Positions 35,570 through 49,004 of a DNA stretch of 64,000 nt are shown here, piece after piece; position 1 is the stretch's first letter; each line of letters begins with the position of its first letter. The stretch covers positions 10,480,001-10,544,000 of the forward strand of contig NC_086109.1 in assembly GCF_963921235.1 (NCBI RefSeq), in the 5' to 3' direction. The stretch comes from Mobula hypostoma (Eukaryota). Under the pieces are notes generated by a model, which saw only the letters and a program-made list of their open reading frames with translations, was not told where the DNA came from and did no database searches. The translations under genes were made by a program, and so were the position numbers.

Positions 35570-38500
35570 ATAGATCTACAACATAGGAGTGAGATTAGGC
35601 TAATTCACTCATCAAATTTGTTCCACCTTTCAGTCAATGTTGATTTACTTTCCCTTTCAACCCCATTCTCCTGCCTTCTCCCTGTAACCTTTGACACCTT
35701 CACTATTCAAGAACCTATCAATTTCCACGTTAAATATACCCAATGACTTGGCCTTCACAGCAGTCGATAGCAATGAATTCCACAGATTTGCCACGTTTTG
35801 GCTAAAATTCCTCCTCTGTTGTAAAGAGACATTCTTGTATTCTGAGGCTGTACCCTCTGCTTCTAGACTGCCCAACTATTGGAAACACCCTCTCCAGGTC
35901 CATTCTATCTAGCCCTTTCTAGCAGTCCAAGTAGGAGTATGCCATGTAACCCCCTCAAACCTGATCCAACATTTAATAGCATTGTAATTGATTTGATCTT
36001 GGTGTCAACTCACTTTCCCGTTGGGTTTTCCATGACTCTTGACTTCCACGTAAATCAGAAAACCATGTCACTCTTGAGCAAGGGCTCCTAATCTGGGGTT
36101 CACAGACCCTTTGCTTAATGGTATTAGTCCATGGCATAAAAAAGGTTGGGAATCCCTGCCCTTGAGAAGATTCAATGATTTAATATACTTATTTCCTGAG
36201 ATAGAGAATCTTAAAGATTCGTGTCCCTCAGAGGGAATTTATTCTTACTCTCTTAAATGGGTATCTCCCTATTCTGAAATTATGCCCCCTTGTTCTACAT
36301 TTCTCTACTAAAGATAATCTTCTCTCAACATCTGCTTTGACAGAATGCTACAGACCCTGTTGTGTTTTAATAAAGTCACCTGTCATTCATACACACCCTA
36401 ATTTATTCTACTCTTGCTCATTAGGCATCCTCTCCATCCCTGTGAATCTTCTCTGGAGTGAAAGCAATTAGCCAGACATGGTCTCCCACACAGTTAGTAG
36501 AAAGACTCGCCTCATTTTTGTACTCCAACCAATTTGACCAAAGCCAACTTTCCATTTACCTCGTTAAGTTGTTCTTCTTGGTGCTCATTTTGTGCTTATG
36601 TGCAAGGATATTAAATCCCAGTACACAACCTTTCTATGTTTTAAACAGTGTTCCGATTTTCTAGTGAAAGTGGATAACCTCTCATTTTTTCACAATCCTT
36701 CATCACCCAAAGTTTTGTCCACCCACTTGAAAATTGTGCTTGCAACTTGCTTTCTCACTTATCCCTATATTAGCAGCAAATTTGGCTACATATATACTTG
36801 GTCCCTTCCATTCAAGTCATTTACTATAGATTGTAAATAGTTGCAGTTCAGCACTGTTCCCTGTGGCAACCCCATTGTTGCAGCTTTCCAATCTGGATGT
36901 AACTCATCTACTGCAACCCTATTCTCTGTTAGTTTGTCAATCCTGCATCTATGTTAATGTATTTCTCTCAATGCCATCAACTTTTAAGTGTTGCATTATT
37001 GAATTCTTCTTGAAAGTGTAAATATATTGGTGTCCCATTATCCGTTATCAAAGCACACTAATACACTAATAATTGTGTGAAACGTTTAAACGTTCTGTTA
37101 TTTCCTTTACAATGAATAATGAATTACAGAATTTTTCCAATGATGAATGTAGTACTAATAGGTCTCTGCTTGCACTCTCTCTCTCCTTGAATTGGAGTGC
37201 TTTTTGAAATTTTCCAGATTTCAGAATCCTTCGGAACATTGTAATCAGTACCTCCAGTATCTCTGCTGCAAGACCTTGGGATTCACAAGGGTTGTTCGTT
37301 AATTCTATTACTTTGCTAGTCCATTCATCTCTGGTGTCACTGATTTATTTTCAACTTTGTTCTTGGTGATTTTGCATTATAGGGATATTTTTACAATGAA
37401 GACTTACAAAACATTCATTCCCTCTGATTGCCACTCCATTATATCCCACTCCCATTCTGTAAGGAACTAATATTTACCCCCGCTATTCTTTCCTCTTTTA
37501 ATATAGTACTTGAAGAAGCTCTTGCTATCTTTTATTTCTTGCTAGTCCACTGATAATGTATTTTCTCCATCTTAGTTATCCTTAGATTTCTTAACTATCC
37601 CAAACTTTTGAGTTTCTAATAACGATTTGTTTGCCATGTGTACATCCAAACATATAGTGAAAGGCATTGCTTGGATGATGACGCAATCCAATAATGTGCT
37701 AGGTACAGCCCACAAGTGTCGTGATCCATTATTTTCAAATGCAGTACTGTATATTTTTGAAATTGGGGAAATATCTCCTAAAACTTGTGTCAATGCTTAT
37801 CTGCTGATCTATTTTATTTTCCCAGTTCACTTTAGCCAGTCTTGCCTTCAGCCACTGCAATTGTTTTTGATCAAATCTAAGACATTCGTTTCATATTTGC
37901 ATTTCCCATTCCAAACTGAATGAAATTTATCATGTTAGGATCAGTCTTCCCCAGGGGATTCTTTGCTATGAGATCATTAATTAAAACTGCCCCATTTCTC
38001 TGTTCAGCTTTCAAGTGGTTTGGATATACACTGAATTGTTCTAAAACTGTCCTGAATGTATTCCATGATGTCATTCTCAAGGTTGCTTTAGTCATTATAG
38101 AGATTGGGCAAATACAATTGACAAAACTTGTAATTATTGTGGTGCCTTTCCTACAAGCTCCTGTTCTTTCTTGATTTCCACTGCCTTATAGTATAGCTAA
38201 TGTTAAGAGGCCTATGGCATATTCTCACCAGTGATCTTCACATGCTTCATCCCAACTGAGTCTGTATCTTAATTTACTGCTCCTAGATTATTTCTCAATC
38301 AACTGTACTAATCTCATCCTTAATTATCTTAAATTACCTCATCTTCTTTTTCTATTTGCCTATCCTTCCAAAGTGTTAAGTATAGCAGAATATTTAGTTT
38401 CCAGCGCAACAGACACAGTTGCAGGGTAGCCAATAGTTTTGAAACGTGCATTTATTTCTAATAGTGCATTCATGTCCAAGTAATTGTGAATGCTATGCAC

Positions 38501-38700
38501 GTTTAGGTCAAGAGCCAATTTTGACTCCATGCCATTTTCCCTACTCTGATTCTATTTGTTAGAGGGCTTTTGTACATTCTGTCCTCCCTTTTCACAGTTC
38601 TGTTAGGCTTACTGGTATCATTGCCTCACACTAATGCCTTGTCCTTTCTCTACAACTGCCTTGGTTATTGAACTTACAAGGACGTGGGTCCTACCCAGAC
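35570..38700 (-). mobile_element. Patchwork of CR1-like LINE remnants (younger 3' end at 35570-35920, older fragments beyond)
   Basis: RRNFSQNVANLWNSL...FNVEIDRFL; further degraded LGKTDPNMINF.IQF and EN-like words. Confidence 0.55.
36079..36158. mobile_element. hAT MITE, opposite-orientation copy of 9741-9820
   Basis: Near reverse complement of 9741-9820; 8-bp TSD ctcttgag / cccttgag. Confidence 0.75.
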
Positions 38701-40959
38701 TCAAATAAAGCAATCCACCTCCATCCTTCCTTGGTACTGGAACCTAAGCCCCTTAAGTTGAAACCCATTTCTTCCACTCCAGTTTTTTTTAAATCAAGTC
38801 TCTGATCTTATCAACCCTTTGACTTTTGAAGTGACTTACATCGTAATCCGGAGATTATTAACAATGTGTGTTTTTCTGCATTTTTATACAGACCCTAACT
38901 TTTCATACTTCCTCAGCAGAGAGTTTATTTTGGTTGGTCCTACTTTTATTGTTGCCTCCAAGGACAATGATAATTGGATCTTGTCCTTTTTATTCCTGGG
39001 TTTCTCTCCAATTCCAGGGAGATTTCCTTAACCTTGGTGTTAGATAAGCAGCACAGATTCTGTGACCACAACAGTGTCTGCCCTTCCTCTAATTCTTAAT
39101 GCATTCCTTGTCAATTACTTAACTTGAATAGGCCCCTGTACCAAGGTCCTATGGTTACGTTGATCATTCTAACTGGAATCTCTGCACTTGTCAGCATAAG
39201 ATTTCATAAGGATCATTCAAGGGCCAGATGTGCAGTTTCTTCAGTACGATCATCTGGATCCCTTGGTCTTAGTCCTTGAACTATTTCAGTCAAAGTAGCT
39301 AACCTCACAGAAAACAGTTTCCTTCCTTTGTGCATAAAACCATTGTGATAATTGAAATTGGTAAATGAAGTTTTCTGCTGGCTTTTGATCATTTTAAATT
39401 GTTATTTAATCTAAAATTGATTTTAAGTATAACTTTTAGTTACACGTTTTGCAATGGGTTATAATGAAGTGGGGGGGGGGGAGTCCATTCAAGGGATCTT
39501 CAGTAATGAAGAGAGGGCCAACAGAGGAGGTACAGGAGCCTGAAGTTGCTCACCTGATGTTTTAGTAACAGCTTCTTCCCCTCCACCATCAGGTTTCTCA
39601 ATGGTCCATGAACTCATGATACTACCCCACTGTTTTGCACTCAGTTTGAACTGTTTGTTTATTTTTTATATATTCTTGTTGTAGCTCGTAGTTTTTATAT
39701 ATTGCACTGTACTGCTGCAGCAAAAGAACAAATTTCACGACATATGTCAGTGATAATAAACCTGATTTTGAAGTACAATAGAATATGAAAAAATAGCTAA
39801 TATTTGCCAGGTAGTTGTTTTCCTGCCTTCCTATGATGTATAGAGAATTCCACTGGAAAAAGTCCTATGGTTTTTGTTTGGAACTTTGAGCTCCAATGTA
39901 CGTCAGTGTAGGTAGAAATGTGCATTGTGTGGTGAATGACATAAGGTGTCATTCTCTGATGCTCGGATCATTAGGTGTGAAAGTGTAGGTCGAAATATGC
40001 AAGTTTAGGCTTCTATTGATCATGTTGCTTATCAGTTAAATTTGCAATTTCTGGATGCAAGCTCACATTCAGCATAATACTGAGTTTATACATTGTAAAA
40101 CAGTATTTTGTGGGATTCACCTTAAAGGTCGCAGGTTTTGTACTTTGCAGAACCAGAACGTTGTGGGTATGTAGTCAGCATTTCTCTTGCAAGAACAATG
40201 AATTCTAAAAGTCCACAAAAGGACCAATAGAAACATCTTCCCATGATGGCTTTTGCATATTTTCTTTGATTTTTAGTTTAGTTTATAATGCTTTTGGGTA
40301 CATGTGCATGTTTCTGGTTGTTTTTTTCTGTATGATTGTGCATGCAAGTCCTGCTTTTATTTTGCTGTGCATGCTTCTCGTGCTTTTTAAGCTTCTTGGC
40401 AGCTTTTGCAGTCTGGAGTGATTTTAACATAAGCTTTGAAATAACAAGTAGATGGTGTGTTTTGGTATACTAATATTTTGTGGAGAATTTAAATACTTAT
40501 TTTTCTTTGCTTGCATGATTCCAGGCATACAACATGGGGGAGAGGCTGCAGCAAATGAGGGCTTGGGATAGTGATATTGCTATTGCACTTCCTGGTGGCC
40601 AAGAATGAAAGGATTACTTGGCGTAGATTATTGGTTTGAGCCCAGTTAGTTCAGAGGAATCTGCTTCTGACATTGGTCTTGGTTGTTTGTGGATTTTTTT
40701 TTTTGTCCACTAGTTTCAAGGAAGGTGTTATAGGAGGGCAGTATGAGGTCTCTTAATCTTTTTAGATCTTTTATCATTTTTTCATATAGGTGATTGCCTA
40801 TTGTGTGTTCCATTTGTTAATAGAGCTGAGACATTTTCTAGTTTGTGTTGTTAAATTATCTGGTGTAATGTTCTCTGACGGTTAATCTGCAAGCCTATTT
40901 TTCTTTAAATCATAATGTTCCATTTGCTATTGTATGAATTTTCTGCTATTTAATTTCAG

Positions 40960-41103
40960 ATGAGGACATGGGGAGTGAGGAGGATTTGGACCACGGTGAC
41001 AGTGATTATGAAGCTTCAACAAAAAAAGGCAAAAAAGGAAAAAAGGTTAAAGGGGATAAGAAGGAGAAAAGGACACCCAAAAAGCCCAGGAAATCGGCTG
41101 AAG
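40960..41103 (+). CDS. NUCKS1: NUCKS1 exon 5 (144 bp): DEDMGSEEDLDHGDSDYEASTKKGKKGKKVKGDKKEKRTPKKPRKSAE
   Basis: taatttcag acceptor, AAG|gtaagt donor; open acidic-then-basic frame, phase 1-1. Confidence 0.9.
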
Positions 41104-41649
41104 GTAAGTTGTATCTGTGCATTAAGATGAGGAGGTAATGAGTTGTGATTTTGGTGATTGTGATTGAGAGTTCCCATGGACTGGAAGGCTCTGACGAGGA
41201 ACCTGATGAGAGGTATACAAAGTTTATGAGTGCATAGATAGGGTACATAGTAGAAAGCATTTTTTCGCAGGGTCTGAAACCAGAGGGCATAGATTTAGGG
41301 TATGGGATGAGACCTTTATAGGAGATCTGTTGAAGAATTACTTTTTCATGTTTGGAATACACTGCTTGGAGTGAAAGGGGCAGGTGCTCTTATAATGTTG
41401 TGTTCGAACAAGCACTTTGCTGGAACACTTTCTATGATCCTGAACACAAAAAGTGATGTATGTAGTGTAAACTGGAACTTGTATGCAGAACAAATTAGTT
41501 CAGCCCTAATGTGCTGTTTAGTAGGATCTTGGTGTATATTGACCAGGCCATTTGCTTCAACGGTATCTATGCAAGGACATCTGGCAATATTTTTTCTGTT
41601 TAAAAAAAATATTGTACCAAATTTTACAGCAGATCCTTGATGGTGCAAT

Positions 41650-42270
41650 ACATGGTTAAGAAGACAAATGACCTTCATTAGTTGAGACACTGAATACAAG
41701 AGTATACAGGTTATATTCCAACTTCCATAAACACTGGTCAGGCCTCTGTTCAGATCACTAAACTAAAGGAGTGATGCATTAGTGCTGTAGAGGTTGCTGT
41801 GGCGATTCCTCAGATTATTGCATGAGGTGGACTTAATTCAGTTAAGAGGAAAGACTGGAGAAGCAAAGACTGTTTTCCCCAGATTAGGGAAGTTAAAGAG
41901 GGGTTATGATTGAGTAGAAGAAACTTGAGGGGTATAGATAGGGTAAACTACAGGAAACTTTCCACCATATCAGAGGAAGATGAAAACCAGTCGACAGTGA
42001 TTTAGGGTGACAGATTTTTGAGGGCATCTGAGGTGGACTAATTTTACCCAGTGAATGCTAGGTGCCTGGAATGCCCTGCCCGAGGGAGTGGTGGAAGCAA
42101 AGTCACTGGCAGCATTGAAGAATTGTTGAGACAGACACTTGAATGGCAAAGCAAGAGAAATCTTTGTGCCTTATGCTGGACGTTGCGATTAATGTGGATG
42201 GGGATGGGTGCTCACTGTTGGTATGGATGTGGTGGGTAAATGGCTGGTTTCTATGCTGCTTAACTCAATA
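41650..42270 (+). mobile_element. Old CR1 3' fragment
   Basis: cataaacactggtcaggcct ... gggtatagatagggta ... gtgcctggaatgccctgcc. Confidence 0.55.
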
Positions 42271-43449
42271 TAATGCAGGCAAATGGTATTTCAGTGCTCA
42301 GGAAGGGTGACATGGTTGTGGTTGGCCAAAGAATCTGTTTCAGTGCTACATGATACTGTGGCTCTATGAAACTATGCACAGCCTCAGCTTGATTTCAGAG
42401 TAGTACATAGTGACATAAATATGCTTTGACAATAAGTTTATTTTGAATTTGACTTAAAGCCTTTCCTGAAATTCAGCGTCAACTGAACGATTCCCTAAGT
42501 ACAACATTGGTGTATTTTGTACTCTAATCTGGAATGCGGATTTGAATCTTACTGACTCACGGATGTGCATTCAGGGTAGAAACTCCTAATGATTTTATAT
42601 CCGTACTAAGTCCTAGGAATGCCAAAATCAAGTTCCATGCAAGTTAAGGGAGTAGATTTGAGATCAACCTTCTTTGAAAAATCAGTGTTGAAATCTGTTA
42701 AGATCGAGAATATGTGGAAAGTTTATGACCTGTCTGATTAATTTTGTTTTCCTCATCTTTGATTTTGAGTTGCCCCATTCAGTTTTTATGTATGAGCTGG
42801 CACCCTGCATGAGTTCATCATACTTCATCATTTCTTTATACTGCATTCATTCTTCTGTTGGAGGTATAAAATTATTAAAAGTTGCCCCTAGGCATATCCT
42901 GTAACTGAGGCCTCTTTGATCGCTCAAATCATTTTACACCTTAGGGTGTCACCACATTATCAGATTAGGTTTGGGGGGCATGTTAGTGGAAAAGGAATTG
43001 TTCACTGTGTAGGATGTTGCACTTAGGATCTCTACATATAACTGTCATAAGAGCCAACAAGGTGCCAGTAACTTGGCATGGTGTCCAGTTTTTTTTTACT
43101 CTTCTGCCCATTTAAATTGCATTGAGATCTTTTTCAAAGTCACATCAAGCTGGTGGACAGCAGATTATTAAAGCTTTTCTTCATTCACATTACATTTGAT
43201 TAACTTAGGGTGGAACCCATGTCTTTTTAAAATTGTGGATGACAGTGTTACTGTGCTTAGCACTATTGCACAAATTCAAAATGTGCAGGGTAGCAGTTGG
43301 CCATAATTGTAGACTAGATGGCAGATGATCCAACTTGCTGTTCCTTGGTTTATATTAAAAAATACATCAAGACTGTTAAGTTTTGTTCTTTATCTAGTTG
43401 GTCAATATTCTGCAAAGGACAATGTTGGCTTTACTTCGAGCTTTATCAC

Positions 43450-43688
43450 AAGCAAGGGAAAACCTGCAGATGCTCAAAATCCAAGTAATACACACAAAAT
43501 GTTGGACAAACTCAGCAGGCCAGGCAGCATCTATGGAAAAGACTACAGTCGACATTTGGGGCCGAGACCCTTCGTCAGGACCCTTCATGTGTCCTGATGA
43601 AAGGTTTCAGTCCAAAACGTCGATGGTACTCGTTTCCATAGATGCTGCCTGGCCTGTTGAGTTCCTCCAGCATTTTGTGTGCATTACC
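43450..43688. mobile_element. Fold-back Penelope-derived miniature with two opposed degenerate hammerheads
   Basis: ~95-bp imperfect arms around a 9-nt spacer (43582-43590); - strand gtcCTGACGAagggtctcggcccAAATGTCgac and + strand gtcCTGATGAaaggtttcagtccAAAACGTCgat. Confidence 0.8.
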
Positions 43689-44290
43689 AAATATTATATT
43701 TGTAGGTAATGCTTTTTTTAAAAAAAGTTAGTCGAATGACAATCATTGTCATAATTTTGTGTATATCTGTAATAATTTTTGGCATTGGGGCATGTTTTCT
43801 TCTTTCTGGGTTCCTGGAATTGCTGCTTAAAGGATAACTTCAATCTCCAAACAACTATTTTAAAGAAAGTAATTATAGTCAGTACTTTGATGGTAAGTAC
43901 TTTAGATGTGTCCCAGGTATGTATTTGTTTTGTTTCATAATTTTCTCTATCCTCTTCATTTATGTCCCTACCTTTCTCCAGTCCTGTTTGCCGATAACTT
44001 AAACTTCCTCCTAGACTTCTCATTCTGAAGTTCACATTGTATGCAGTTTTACCCAGGCCAGTATATTAGCTGAGAACTATCTTTTGTTGTATCCTAGCTC
44101 ATCCAAAGTGTTGCAACGTATTTGATTGTGAAGGACATGGCTACAAAGCCTTGCCAGTCAATATTCTACAAAACGTGCACTCCAGGAATTGATAATGGAT
44201 GATACGTGGAGTAGGGGTCTCTCTGCAGCTTCATTCCTTGCCCCTGCTCTTAAACTGTATTTTCGTGGACACCAAAGACTTAGTAATAAG

Positions 44291-44395
44291 GTAACACACA
44301 CAAAATGCTGGAGGACCTCAGCAGACCAGGCAGCATCTATGGAAAAGGGTATAGTTGACTTTTCGGGCAGAGACCCTTCATCAGGACTGGAGGAA
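44291..44395 (-). mobile_element. Penelope terminal repeat with hammerhead motif
   Basis: Reverse complement ccagtcCTGATGAagggtctctgcccGAAAAGTCaact. Confidence 0.75.
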
Positions 44396-44762
44396 AAAAG
44401 ATTAAGAAAGTGTTTTTTGTAGTTAAAATTAACTATCTGTAAATGGATCAAATCTCAAATCTTTATTCTCCAGCAAATATCTCTGTTTTCTAAGTGGAAA
44501 TAACAAAACATGCGAAAACTACTAGACCATTAGCTTTGGCTAACTGTCAATGATTTCAAACAATATGTTGGCTGCTAGAAATCAAAATTAGTTATTCTGT
44601 TAGATATTTCAAATGATTCAAAGAAGCATTTCAGAACTGAGATTTTTATTATTTTAATTTTTGTAAATTGTTAGAAACAATGCATACCTGGGACATGGTC
44701 AGGTTAGTATGTATCATGCAGTAATAAATCCTGGCATTACTTCCTGTTTTTTCATACCTTAA

Positions 44763-44945
44763 GCCGGTGGTATAGTGGCACCTGCACTGCGGTTCAAATC
44801 CGGCCAGCTCCTTGCACACTTTTCGTCTGTGCGGGGTTGAGCCTCGAGTTGGCAACCTAGCCTCATAAAAAAGCAGACAAATGCTAAAGAAGTGGCAAGG
44901 TTGCTGTCCGATGTGCCACAAAGCATGGAGAGGAACAAACAATTC
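44763..44945 (+). mobile_element. tRNA-derived SINE (different family)
   Basis: ggtggtatagtgg A-box, ggttcaaatcc B-box, non-tRNA body, A-rich end. Confidence 0.6.
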
Positions 44946-45200
44946 ACACCTTATACACCTAGTTGGGTTGCAACTATAGTAGTTTGACAATAGCTTTTGA
45001 CCTTGGCGTGTCGTGAGTTATGCCCTGGTGTGTTCTATCATACCCGAATTATCTTTGGAAGATACAGCAATTATAAAACAGCGCAAGTGTATAAAGGTTG
45101 TATTATAGATGATTTAGAATTATTAAGAGTGAATCCAGAAGTGCTTAATCTGTTGGGGTGTCTTATTTGATCTGTGATGGTTGTCTTTACATATCAGTAG

Positions 45201-45255
45201 TGCTCAACATTTCATGACAGCATTGATCAAGACTGCTGTCATGAAATGTTGAGCA
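45201..45255. repeat. Perfect 22-bp inverted repeat with 11-nt loop
   Basis: tgctcaacatttcatgacagca - ttgatcaagac - tgctgtcatgaaatgttgagca. Confidence 0.95.
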
Positions 45256-46084
45256 ATCTGCCATTGTTTTCTAGTTAGCATCGAGTGGTTGCTATTGTAA
45301 TCTTCTAAGAATTGTGATTTCCTTGTCAGCACTCTGATAATCTGATGTTCATTGGCCCTTGCTTTCAGTAGTTCTTGTTTTCCAAGTTATGTGGTTAAGA
45401 ATTTGATTTTGATAAGGAATTCACTATTTATAAAGAGTGAAAATGGATGTTCGGTAGGATATCAGGACTATTGTGCACAAAGGTAGTAAACTTTGTGAAT
45501 TTGTCTTTGAACAGAACTGTAGACTATGAACAGGTTATACCTTCAATGTTATTCTGGCTGTCTTCCTCAAAGGCTACAGTTCAGGAGTAAGTTCAAAGGA
45601 CTAATAGGCTGGTTGTTGGGAAAGATTAGAAAAAAACAATTTTCTGCTTTAACAGATTTGACAGAAAGATCTTGCAAGATGTGCAATGAGTTATCATATA
45701 ATGTAATTGAATAGAACATTAAGTGGGAGATCTGGGGCTGAGATTCAGGCAGTGAGTCCCAGAATAACATGGGATGTGTTTCTGGGTAATAGATAAAAGC
45801 CAGGAATATGTTTGTAAAACAGACGGTGTGATTTATTAGAACTGCAGTAATTATCTGTTAACTTTTTATTATGAATACTATTTGTTGCAAATATAATCAT
45901 TGAGGAAACTATAATGATTCATTTTGTTTCTTTACTGATCACCATATTTGGGCAGCCTGAAAGCAAAATACAGTGAAGGTTGGAAATAAATAATTAAAAT
46001 AAAATTGCAGGAAGTAACAAGCAGGTTGGGCAGTGCCTGTGGAGGGAGAAATGGTAACATTTTTCAGATTAATGAAAGCTATAA

Positions 46085-46705
46085 TTTTCAGTTTAATTTG
46101 AACACATTGGGACCGGCTAATGAAGTTTCATAGAAATAGTTAAAAAGGTATTTTTTTAAAAAGACACTACTGCTTAATGGAGTAACGAATTATGTATTTA
46201 AGTGAAATATAGAACAAATTAGAACACTACCAATGCTACTACAGTACTGTAAATCTGTATTAGTTCCTAATAGGTGGAGAAATTCATCCATTGTACACTG
46301 CCATGTATGGGGTGTCCAGGGAGGGGTACCATCTCTAGTGTCAGATATGACAGACAACTAACAAGCTGCTGTTCCTTTGACTGTAAATTAACAAAATTAG
46401 TACAGACACCTTGTGCAGATAATGGCTGCGCCATCTCCAGGCTTCTTTGCTGTGTGGCCGCCATACCTTACGGAACACCCTCCGAGACATGACCAAAACG
46501 CTGGATCGCTCAGTCAGCCTGAAAACACACCAGCAAAATGTAGATCACAGGCAGAATAGTAGCAGAACCACATTTGGAAGAGAAAGTAGTAGTCATCTGG
46601 AGGATGTCGCCTTTGGTCATGTTGTTCCAGCTTTTTTCTCAGTTTTGCTTCTTTAAGAGTTATCCCAAATAAGCAGCCGCCCTGATTAACTGATGGGCCA
46701 GTTTA
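46085..46705. mobile_element. Probable Tigger/pogo-like non-autonomous DNA transposon remnant
   Basis: Ends resemble ..taatt(g)ggacacat(c)gggacc / tcccaaataagc..gccc(c)gattaac; family assignment from memory only. Confidence 0.35.
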
Positions 46706-49004
46706 TATCATGATTGATAGATGATGGATTCTGAAAGTGATTAATTTATTGGATGAGAAAACAATCCAGATATTGTCTACTGGAATATTTTTATTGCAAT
46801 CTTTCTATTGAAATTAGTTCAGTTTGGCCTCTTTTTGACTATTTCCACTGTTTCACTTGTTCATTGTTCTGTCTTGATTAAGTCAGTGCTACAGACTAGT
46901 TTTTCTGTTTAAACCTCTGATGTATTCTTACAATTTTCTGATTGTTTTGGTGATGTTTATAGTTATCAGGCAGCATGTGTAGTCTAGTTTGTCAACTGGT
47001 ATTAAATATTTCATGGAAGTTCCAATTAATTGAGTAAGCCTTGTGCAGCTGCTGTAGTTGTTAGTACTTATTTTCTGAGAATGTAGTTTTGCTGGAAAGT
47101 GTTTTAATATGTGTCTTCTGTGAACTTGTAGCTCAAACTGTGTCCTTATTTCACAAATAAAAATGGCTTCCATTTTCAGATTGGGTTAGATTTATAATAC
47201 TTCTACATGCATCCTCAGGCCTGCTGTCAGTAAGATAAGCTGCATGGATAATGTTTTCAGTTGGGCTTCTGTTAAAATATTTACTTTGCATTTTGCATTT
47301 TTACCTGATTGCTTGGTAATATCAGTTAATCTTCTGGTGCAATATTTTCCTACATATGAGTACACTAACACTAATGTTATATATCTGGTTGCTGTTTGTG
47401 AACTTTACTATTTCTCTGGAGGAATATTTAATAACCTTCCAAAAGGGTTTTTTTTCATTACTCGTTTAAAGGAAAAGATTTCACATTTAAATTATCTTGT
47501 GCAATGACTTTGTAATGAAATCGTTTCAAATTTATACCTCTATTGTCTTGCTAACCATCACAAATTATCATTCTGGACATTTCCTTTTTATGGCCATATT
47601 TACAACTACTAATGTCTTTTAGTGACTTGTATATCCTCACACGAAAGCTCTGCTGCTTTAAAGCAATATCATTTTAACTAGCACATTTCTTGGGATTTTT
47701 TGAAATTTAGGAAATATCTTCAAATCATATTGTGATAGTGCATTGCTGATTAAATAAATGTGGTACTCAGGTTGTTTCTGGGATTTAATCTCCTTAGAAC
47801 AAAAGGCTGTAGGCATATTATGGTACGTGAGATCATGATTTAGCTAGAATAAGCTGTTTCTTGAAGCAAGTGGTTTAGGAAAATTAATGTTAGAGGTGAG
47901 ATGTAATGTTGGGGAAAGAATGTGTGACAGCAATGATGCAGTCCTACCTTCAGTCTTCACTGAGAGTGATTCTGTTGTAGGGTAGGTCTCTGCAAAGTTA
48001 TTATTCACCTAGTATAAGTTCTGCTACGGGACACAATTAGCAGATGGATGATAAAAAAAAAATCCAAGGATGTCCACAAAACTCTCTTGAAGTACAAAAT
48101 CCCCACTAAATCTTGGGAATTTTATAGTGTATGACCCCTTTAGTCTGGAAGTGGATTGTTGGGGTATCCTGCAGCCATATATCAAGAACCCAGCATAACC
48201 AGTGGAAGGACTCGTACTGCTACAGTCTATGGAATAGTCATTCACTTAAGGGATTAACCGAACCATATCTGTAACTCTGTCATTTCAAAGTCCATTTATT
48301 ATCAAAGTATGTATACATTATACGACCATGACATTCATCACCTTTCAAGCAGCCACAAAAAAAAGAAACCCAAAAGAACCTACAAAAAAGACTGTCAAAC
48401 ACCCAATGTGCAGAGGGATTAAAAACAAATCGTGCAAACAATAGAAATAAGCAAATAGCATTTAGAACAAAACTGAGTCTTCAGACACAAAGCCCGGAGC
48501 AGCTCTCAACCTCAGTCTCTGTTCAGCGCAGAGCCCGGTAAACGTCATGGAAGAGCGAACAGAACCGGCTTGACCCTTGCCACTGGTTCTAACACTTTGC
48601 CTTTGCAATCCACCTGATCCCGCATTTAAATTGTTCAAACATCGGGTTGTTCCTTGCTCTAAGACTCGGGGCCTTGTTGTATCGATGTGCTCTGGGCCTG
48701 GACCGCACCTTTCCAAAATGGCCAGAAGTTTAGATGGATCAAACCTTGCTCTCGGTTCAGATGGACAGGCCTTGAATCTGCCTCTTGCTGTTCAATCAAT
48801 ACATAGTTAATCATTGTTGCCATTTCATACTTTTGCTGCTACATTTCTAATAATCTTTAAAAATGTGCTATTGAATACTGGGTCACTTAACCAAAAAAGT
48901 TTTTGTATCATGACTAATTAGGCAAGGAATTTTATTTGATCCTGGTGACTGATTGCCCAATGTTAAGATTTTGGTGACCATTTGGAAAATATATATTATC
49001 TTTC

